NCBI RefSeq assembly: GCF_003324675.1
Contig: NZ_CP030918.1
Location: forward strand, 1,440,001 to 1,472,000
Direction: 5' to 3'
Source of the DNA: Paracoccus suum
GTDB lineage: Bacteria; Pseudomonadota; Alphaproteobacteria; Rhodobacterales; Rhodobacteraceae
Length of the DNA: 32,000 nucleotides
The stretch's first letter is position 1, and each line of letters opens with the position of its first letter. Shown here piece after piece: positions 25,991-32,000 of the stretch. The notes under the pieces are model-generated. The model saw only the letters and a program-made list of their open reading frames with translations. It ran no database searches and was not told the DNA's origin. A program made the translations under genes and the position numbers.

Positions 25991-27259
25991 ATGAAGCTGA
26001 GGGCGGATTCCCCGGCGGAGGATGAGGTGCAGGCTGCGCCCGGATTTGATGACTTCGAGCTGAAGCTCGGTGACGTCATGCGCGGCGAGCGGGCCACATT
26101 GGGCAAGAGCCTGCTGGATGTGCAGCGCGAGCTGCGCATCCGTGCATCATATATCGCGGCGATCGAGAATTGCGATATTTCGGCCTTTGACGCCCCCAGC
26201 TTCATCGCCGGTTACGTGCGCTCGTACGCGCGCTACCTCGGCATGGATTCCGACTGGACCTTTCGGCGGTTCTGCGAGGAATCGGGGTATCAGCCGGTCC
26301 ACGGCATGGCACCGGCCGCGTCGGGCCCCAAGCCCCAACGCCGCCCGACCGATGTCGCCGAGGCGCTGGCCAACCCGCGCGCCATCTACCTGCCACAGCC
26401 CGAATCCTTCTGGTCGCAGATCGAGCCGCGGGCGATAGGCTCGTTGGCCGTGCTGATCGCACTGGTCGGCGGGCTTGCCTATGGCGGCTATGCCGTCCTT
26501 CAAGAGGTGCAGAAGGTCAACCTGACTCCGGTCGATCAGGCGCCCGGCGTCGTCGCGGCACTTGATCCTGCGCAAGACGTGACCCTGCCGGCGGGTGGTG
26601 AGGGCGAAACCGAACTCGCCGTGAACCTGCCGCGCCCTGAAGTGTCGGACCGGGTCTATCGCCCCCAAGCGCTGGAGGTTCCGGTCCTGACCCGGCGCGA
26701 GAGCCCAATCGCTGCCATCGATCCCGGCCTGACCCAGCCCGAAGCCCCCTCCCAGGCGGCGGATCCCGCGGCTGCCCCCGGCCAGCAAGCGGTGGCCAGC
26801 GGCCCGCAACTCCCCGAGGGGGGCGCACCGGGCACGGTTGCCGGAACGACACTCGCCGCCGGCGAGGTCCGCACCGTGGCGCCCGACGCTGCGGAGGTTG
26901 AAATTCTGGCGGCGCGGCCGGCTTGGGTGCGCGTCACTTCGGCCGATGGCACCGTGATCCTGGAAAAGACTCTGGACGCTGGCGAGCGTTTCGCACTGCC
27001 CAAGCTGGAGACGCCGCCGGTTCTGCGCTCGGGCAACTCTGGCGCAATCTATTTCGCAGTCAACGGCCAGACTTTCGGTCCGGCTGCGCCCGGGCCCAAT
27101 GTTGTGAAGAACATCGAGCTGTCGCCCACTGCGTTGACCACCAAATACGCCGCGGCGGATCTGGCCAAGGACCCCGAACTGGCCTCGATGGTAGCAATCG
27201 CCTCGGTCGCGCCCTTGGCGGGTGACGGAACAGCCGCGCCGGATGCTGTCGCCGACTAG
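25991..27259 (+). CDS. rodZ: RodZ-like protein (XRE-type HTH, one TM helix, Pro/Ala-rich linker, C-terminal DUF4115)
   Basis: Within ORF 25979..27259, which starts at a TTG; an ATG lies at 25991. HTH LGKSLLDVQRELRIRASYIAAIEN, TM helix IGSLAVLIALVGGLAYGGYAVL, C-terminus WVRVTSADGTVILEKTLDAGERF. It lies directly upstream of ispG, a synteny also known from enterobacteria. Confidence 0.7.
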   Translation: MKLRADSPAEDEVQAAPGFDDFELKLGDVMRGERATLGKSLLDVQRELRIRASYIAAIENCDISAFDAPSFIAGYVRSYARYLGMDSDWTFRRFCEESGYQPVHGMAPAASGPKPQRRPTDVAEALANPRAIYLPQPESFWSQIEPRAIGSLAVLIALVGGLAYGGYAVLQEVQKVNLTPVDQAPGVVAALDPAQDVTLPAGGEGETELAVNLPRPEVSDRVYRPQALEVPVLTRRESPIAAIDPGLTQPEAPSQAADPAAAPGQQAVASGPQLPEGGAPGTVAGTTLAAGEVRTVAPDAAEVEILAARPAWVRVTSADGTVILEKTLDAGERFALPKLETPPVLRSGNSGAIYFAVNGQTFGPAAPGPNVVKNIELSPTALTTKYAAADLAKDPELASMVAIASVAPLAGDGTAAPDAVAD

Positions 27260-27354
27260 GCCGGACCGGTCATCACGTCCGGGGGGCCGGGTGGACGGGC
27301 GGGTCGGCACAACCTATCTGTGCCCAAAGCGAATAGCTGCCGCGAGGTGCCGTC

Positions 27355-28482
27355 ATGTCCCTGAACCCGATCCGTCCATGGCGGAACATCGTCCGGCGCA
27401 AGTCGCGGCAGATCATGGTCGGGCGGGTTCCGGTAGGCGGGGATGCCCCGATCAGCGTTCAGACCATGACGAACACGGATTCGGGTGACGTGCGCTCCAC
27501 CTTGGCGCAGGTCATTGCGGCTGCAGATGCAGGGGCCGACATCGTCCGCATTTCTGCCCCTGACGAGGCGGCGACCCGCGCGCTGCGCGAGATCTGCCGC
27601 GAAAGCCCCGTGCCGATCGTCGCCGACATTCATTTCCACTACCGCCGCGCCATCGAGGCCGCCGAGGCGGGTGCCGCCTGCCTGCGGATCAACCCTGGCA
27701 ACATCGGCGATTCTGCTCGGGTGCGCGAGGTGGTGCGGGCTGCCAAGGACCACGGCTGTTCGATGCGCATTGGCGTGAACGCGGGCAGCCTTGAGCGGCA
27801 TCTGCTGGAAAAATATGGCGAGCCGTGCCCCGACGCGATGGTCGAAAGCGGCATGGACCACATCAAGCTGCTGCAGGACAACGACTTTCACGAATTCAAG
27901 ATCAGCGTGAAGGCATCAGACGTGTTTCTCGCCGCTGCCGCCTATCAGGCGCTGGGGGAGGTGACGGATGCGCCGATCCACCTCGGCATCACCGAGGCCG
28001 GGGGCCTGCGCGGCGGCACGGTGAAATCCGCCGTCGGCATGGGTTCGCTGCTCTGGGCCGGCATCGGCGACACGATCCGCGTCAGCCTGTCGGCCGATCC
28101 GGTCGAGGAGGTCAAGGTCGGCTTCGAGATCCTGAAATCGCTGGGGCTGCGCACCCGCGGCGTGCAGATCATCAGCTGCCCCAGCTGTGCGCGCCAAGGC
28201 TTTGACGTCATCAAGACGGTCGAGGCGCTGGAGGTGCGGCTGGAACACATCAAGACCCCCATCAGCCTGTCGATCATCGGTTGCGTGGTGAATGGCCCCG
28301 GCGAGGCGCTGATGACGGACGTCGGTTTTACCGGGGGCGGGGCGGGCAGCGGCATGGTCTATATGGCCGGCCGGCAGAGCCACAAGATGTCGAACGCGCA
28401 GATGATCGACCATATCGTCGAACTGGTCGAGGCACGGGCCGAGCAGTTGTCGACCGCACCCGCCGAGACCGCAGCCGAATAA
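27355..28482 (+). CDS. ispG: 4-hydroxy-3-methylbut-2-en-1-yl diphosphate synthase
   Basis: ORF 27355..28482. [19 protein letters not shown], and Fe-S Cys ligands in ISCPSCARQ and [11 protein letters not shown]. Confidence 0.93.
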   Translation: MSLNPIRPWRNIVRRKSRQIMVGRVPVGGDAPISVQTMTNTDSGDVRSTLAQVIAAADAGADIVRISAPDEAATRALREICRESPVPIVADIHFHYRRAIEAAEAGAACLRINPGNIGDSARVREVVRAAKDHGCSMRIGVNAGSLERHLLEKYGEPCPDAMVESGMDHIKLLQDNDFHEFKISVKASDVFLAAAAYQALGEVTDAPIHLGITEAGGLRGGTVKSAVGMGSLLWAGIGDTIRVSLSADPVEEVKVGFEILKSLGLRTRGVQIISCPSCARQGFDVIKTVEALEVRLEHIKTPISLSIIGCVVNGPGEALMTDVGFTGGGAGSGMVYMAGRQSHKMSNAQMIDHIVELVEARAEQLSTAPAETAAE

Positions 28483-28641
28483 GCTGGGGGCGCGCGGGGC
28501 CGCGGAGTGAGCCGAGCGACGGCCAAACCGGTCGAGGCAAGCAGAGGAAGGGTGAGCCGCCCCCGTCCGAACCGCCGCCGAATGAGCAGCTGTCGAGCAG
28601 TCCGCTGAGACGCCAGCCGAGTGAGCCCGTCGCCGCCCTTC

Positions 28642-29397
28642 TCAGCCCGCCTTGGCACCCTTGCGCACCGCCTCGACAACCGGCTCCAACCCACCATGCG
28701 GAACGCCGCGCAGCAGCTCTGGGCCGACGACGAACGTTGGGGTCCCCGCGATCTTCATCTTTTCCGCCAGCTGCAGGTTCGCGCGGATGACGGCTGTGAC
28801 CGCCTCGGTATTCATCGCGTCGATCACCGGCTTGGGGTCGACCCCGATCTCGGCCGCCAGCTTGCTCAGCGCATCCAGCGTAACATTGCCGCGCATGGTC
28901 ATCAGCTTGTCATGCGCCTTCTTGTAGGCCTCGTCGCCGGCTGTCTGCTTGACCGCGATCGCAAAGCGGGCGGCCGTGTCGCTATCTTGGCCGAGGATCG
29001 GCAAGTCCTTGTAGATGATGCGGATATTGCCGTCGCTCTTGACCAGATCCTCGACCGAGGCGAACACCTGCCGGCAGACGCCGCAGCGGTAGTCGACGAA
29101 CTCGACCATGGTCAGATCGCCCGACGGGTTGCCACCGACCCAACTATGACCGTCTTCCAGCAACTCGTCTTGGAAGTGCTGCACCAGCAGGCGGTCGTCC
29201 TTGGACTCGTCGGCCGCACGGCGCTCCTCCAGCACGTTGATCGATTCGATCAGCACCTCGGGATTGGCCATCAGGTACTCGCGCACCGCCTGACCAAAGG
29301 CCTCGCGTTCCTGCTCCGACATGGCGGCCGGATCGAAGGCGGCGGCGGGCAGGGCGGTGGCGGCGGTCAGAAGGACGGCGAGCGCCAGGCGTTTCAT
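28642..29397 (-). CDS. Periplasmic DsbA-family thiol:disulfide oxidoreductase
   Basis: Within ORF 28642..29520. The ATG at 29397 is preceded by GAGGA and gives the signal peptide MKRLALAVLLTAATALPAAA. CxxC active site in VEFVDYRCGVCRQV. Confidence 0.8.
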   Translation of the reverse strand: MKRLALAVLLTAATALPAAAFDPAAMSEQEREAFGQAVREYLMANPEVLIESINVLEERRAADESKDDRLLVQHFQDELLEDGHSWVGGNPSGDLTMVEFVDYRCGVCRQVFASVEDLVKSDGNIRIIYKDLPILGQDSDTAARFAIAVKQTAGDEAYKKAHDKLMTMRGNVTLDALSKLAAEIGVDPKPVIDAMNTEAVTAVIRANLQLAEKMKIAGTPTFVVGPELLRGVPHGGLEPVVEAVRKGAKAG

Positions 29398-29535
29398 CGG
29401 AACAATCCTCAGTTTCAGGGGTCGGGGGACAGTGACGCCGACGCCCCGCGATGACAAGCACACGGCTGCGTGAGCGCTTGACCGGCGCGGGCGCGGCTGG
29501 GATAGACCGGAAAACGGCAAACTCGGGCAAACGCG

Positions 29536-30789
29536 GTGTTAAGGGCATTGATCGGGGGATTGGCTGCACTCGCGGCCGTGCTGCTGTTGGCGGCAGCGCC
29601 GGCTCGCGCCGCACCGCCGCGTGACACCGCCCCCGTGACCCTGGACGGTGCAGCCTCTTCCGTCATCGCCGAGGGCCGGCCTGGAAAGCCCCGGCCGCTG
29701 CTCATCGAGTTGCGCCTGAACCGGTCGGCGCCTTGGCGTGTCGCCTTGCTGGCTGACCCGGTGCGGCTCGTGGTTGACCTGCTTGCCCCCGGATCAGGTG
29801 CCGGCGACGCCGAGGTCATTCCGGGCGCGGCCGAAATCGTGCCGGGCCTGCGCTGGGGGCCGGCGGGGCCGGGACGCATGCGCGTGGTCGTGCCGCTGCC
29901 GGCGCCGATGGCGGTGACAGCGGCCACCATGACCGACGCCGCGCCGGGCAAGACCGCGCGCCTCGCCGTGCGCCTTGCGCCGGTCGCGGCCGATCTGTTC
30001 CAGCCCCAGGGCCATGGCTCGGCGCTGCCGCAATTGTGGGATCTGCCCCAGCCGGCGGCGGTCGCACCGCCCTCGGTCAGGCGACCGGGGCCGCTGCGCG
30101 TGACCCTCGATCCCGGTCACGGCGGCCGCGATCCGGGTGCCGTCAGCGGCAACATCACCGAGGCTGCGATGATGCTGCAAGTCGCGCGCGAGGTGCAGGC
30201 GGCGTTGCAGCAACGCGGCGTAGAGGTGACCCTGACCCGCCCCGACGACCGCTTCATGCCGCTCGAGCGGCGGATGACAGCGGCACGGGGGGCCGGGGCG
30301 GACGCCTTTATCTCGCTGCACGCCGATGCGCTGCCTGCGGGCGCGGCCGCGGGCGCGGCAGTTTTCACCTGGACCCGCGAGGCCGACGACCGGGCCGCAC
30401 GCGAGTTGGCGGCACGTCACGACCGGGACGATCTGCTAGGCGGCATGGACCTGGCCGGGCAGGACGACGAGGTCACCGGGGTTCTGATGGACATCGCGCA
30501 GACCGATACACTGCCGCGCAGCCAGAACCTTGCGCAGTTCGTGCTGAGCGAGTTGGCGCTGGGCCGGATCGCGATCCGCAAGCGGCCGGTCAAGGGCGCG
30601 GCTTTCAGCGTGCTGAAATCGCCCGACATTCCCTCGGTCCTGATCGAGACGGGCTTTCTCAGCGATTCCGCCGACCGGGCCAACCTGACCGATCCCGTCT
30701 GGCGCGCGGAACTGAGCGGGGCCATCGCCCGCGCCGTCGTCGCCTGGGCCGAGGACGACAAGCTGCGCGATCCGCTGCTGCGGCGCTAG
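29536..30789 (+). CDS. N-acetylmuramoyl-L-alanine amidase (AMIN domain plus Amidase_3, AmiC-like)
   Basis: ORF 29536..30789 with a GTG start. Signal peptide LRALIGGLAALAAVLLLAAAPARA. Motifs VTLDPGHGGRDPGAV, FISLHADAL, SVLIETGFLSD. Confidence 0.85.
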   Translation: MLRALIGGLAALAAVLLLAAAPARAAPPRDTAPVTLDGAASSVIAEGRPGKPRPLLIELRLNRSAPWRVALLADPVRLVVDLLAPGSGAGDAEVIPGAAEIVPGLRWGPAGPGRMRVVVPLPAPMAVTAATMTDAAPGKTARLAVRLAPVAADLFQPQGHGSALPQLWDLPQPAAVAPPSVRRPGPLRVTLDPGHGGRDPGAVSGNITEAAMMLQVAREVQAALQQRGVEVTLTRPDDRFMPLERRMTAARGAGADAFISLHADALPAGAAAGAAVFTWTREADDRAARELAARHDRDDLLGGMDLAGQDDEVTGVLMDIAQTDTLPRSQNLAQFVLSELALGRIAIRKRPVKGAAFSVLKSPDIPSVLIETGFLSDSADRANLTDPVWRAELSGAIARAVVAWAEDDKLRDPLLRR

Positions 30790-30835
30790 GGCTCAGGCCA
30801 GCAAAGACGGGGCCCCAATTGCGCGAAAGGTTGTT

Positions 30836-30864
30836 TTGACGCGCCCGCCCCCCGCGTTTATAGC
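30836..30864 (+). promoter_or_regulatory. Sigma-70-like promoter candidate TTGACG-17 nt-TATAGC upstream of PBP1A
   Basis: -35 hexamer at 30836-30841 and -10 hexamer at 30859-30864, with an exact 17-nt spacer. It lies 28 nt upstream of the proposed TTG start. This is a pattern match only. Confidence 0.3.
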
Positions 30865-30892
30865 GGCCCTATCGCGCTGGGGGCCTGGTCTG

Positions 30893-32000
30893 TTGTTTCG
30901 TTTTGTACTGTCCTTCATCGGGGCGATCTTTTCATGGTTCGTCACCGGCGCCGTATTTCTGGCGCTGATCATCGGCGCGATCTTCTGGATGTTCTCGCGC
31001 GACCTGCCCAGTCACGAGCAGTTGGCGCAGTACAGCCCCAAGACCATCAGCCGGATCTATTCGGCCGAGGGCAAGCTGATGGACGAATTCGCCGAGGAAC
31101 GGCGGATCTTCCAGCCGATCGACGAGATCCCTGATTCAGTCAAGCAGGCCTTCGTCAGCGCCGAGGACAAGAACTTCTACCACCACCACGGCTATGACCC
31201 GCGCGGCATGGCGGGGGCCTTTGCGCAGGCCCTGCGGGGCGGCGCGATGCGCGGCGCCTCGACCATCACCCAGCAGGTGATGAAGAACTTCCTGCTGTCG
31301 AGCGACCGCAGCATCGAGCGCAAGGTCAAGGAACTGATCCTCGCCACCCGGCTGGAGCGCACGCTGTCCAAGGACCAGATCCTCGAACTGTACCTGAACG
31401 AAATTTTCCTCGGCCAGAACAGCTTTGGCGTGGCTGCCGCCTCGCAAAGCTATTTCAACAAGACCCTCGACCAGTTGGCGCCGCACGAGGCGGCGATGCT
31501 GGCGGCCATGCCTCAGGCCCCGTCGCGCAGCGTGATCCGCGACCGCGAGCGCATCACCGAACGGCGCAACTACGTGCTGCGCGAGATGTGGCAGAACGGC
31601 TATTTGACCCAGGCGACCTACGAGGCCGAGGCCCGCCTGCCGATGCGCACCGTCCAGGCCGGCGATTATCCCGCCTTCCGTGACAGCCTGCCGCCACGCG
31701 ATTATTTCACCGACGAGATCCGCCGCCAGTTGAGCCAGCAATTCGGCGAAGAGGAATTCTTCAGCGGCGGCCTGCAGATCCGCGCGACGGTCGAGCCCGA
31801 GTTGCAGCAGATCGCTGCGGACGCCCTGCGCACGGCGCTCGAGAGCTATGACCGCGGCCTCGGCGTCTGGCGCGGGACCGGCCGGGCCATCGCCGCCGAC
31901 AAGCTGGGCCGCGAGGAAAGCTGGCGCGGCGCCCTCTATGCGACGCCGGTGCCGCGCGACATTCCCGGTTGGCACCCGGCCGTGGTGCTGGCGCTGAACG
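30893..32000 (+). CDS. mrcA: Penicillin-binding protein 1A (bifunctional transglycosylase/transpeptidase), 5' part; continues beyond the window
   Basis: This frame is absent from the ORF track because it has no stop before the window end. My own translation gives MFRFVLSFIGAIFSWFVTGAVFLALIIGAIFWMF (TM anchor), then GT51 motifs SAEDKNFYHHHGYD, RGASTITQQVMKNFLL, RKVKELILATRLE and ILELYLNEIFLG. The start is uncertain (TTG 30893 or CTG 30890). Confidence 0.88.
   Translation, partial: MFRFVLSFIGAIFSWFVTGAVFLALIIGAIFWMFSRDLPSHEQLAQYSPKTISRIYSAEGKLMDEFAEERRIFQPIDEIPDSVKQAFVSAEDKNFYHHHGYDPRGMAGAFAQALRGGAMRGASTITQQVMKNFLLSSDRSIERKVKELILATRLERTLSKDQILELYLNEIFLGQNSFGVAAASQSYFNKTLDQLAPHEAAMLAAMPQAPSRSVIRDRERITERRNYVLREMWQNGYLTQATYEAEARLPMRTVQAGDYPAFRDSLPPRDYFTDEIRRQLSQQFGEEEFFSGGLQIRATVEPELQQIAADALRTALESYDRGLGVWRGTGRAIAADKLGREESWRGALYATPVPRDIPGWHPAVVLALN

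Noticed and set aside
1-32000. A search for tRNA/rRNA genes, CRISPR arrays, IS/transposase or integrase genes, phage genes, toxin-antitoxin pairs and defence-system hallmarks (large ATPases, nucleases, methyltransferase-restriction pairs).
   Set aside because: I found none. Every intergenic gap is 301 nt or shorter and lacks tRNA-like T-loop/anticodon architecture or spaced direct repeats. All large ORFs are accounted for by metabolic or housekeeping families. The only methyltransferase is a small-molecule type inside the PKS operon.

Overview
This is a high-GC, densely coding chromosomal segment. I call 29 CDS and found no rRNA, tRNA, CRISPR array or IS/transposase by eye. It looks alphaproteobacterial, probably Rhodobacterales (Paracoccus/Rhodobacter-like); that is an inference from the ALAS-type hemA, the gene content and the GC richness. 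Layout: (1) 166-4612 holds a DUF347 four-repeat membrane protein and a PAP2 phosphatase on the + strand. They converge, with overlapping stop codons, on a minus-strand operon of type III polyketide synthase, SAM methyltransferase and flavoprotein oxidoreductase (srsABC-like phenolic-lipid architecture, product unknown). (2) 4914-18366 is a complete ectoine/hydroxyectoine uptake and catabolism island: enuR (MocR-type regulator), ehuABCD, eutABC, doeA/eutD, doeB/eutE, doeC/ssd and doeD/atf. The genes are extensively translationally coupled. No AsnC/Lrp-type gene is present, and an extra non-zinc MDR/quinone-oxidoreductase-like gene is coupled to the 3' end. (3) 18476-32000 is housekeeping: SRAP/YedK-like protein, YmdB-like phosphoesterase, SLC13 transporter with two TrkA-C domains, YebC, M20 peptidase, hemA (5-aminolevulinate synthase) with an FNR-type box upstream, RodZ-like protein, ispG, DsbA-like oxidoreductase, an AmiC-like amidase and the 5' part of PBP1A. 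I see no convincing defence system, mobile element or radically new system. The most interesting items are the uncharacterised PKS locus, the appended MDR gene, and an AT-rich 10-mer motif ([AG]ATTGT[CT][AT]TG). That motif occurs as inverted pairs upstream of both enuR and ehuA and is a candidate operator. The many long antisense or out-of-frame ORFs in the track are treated as GC-driven shadow ORFs.
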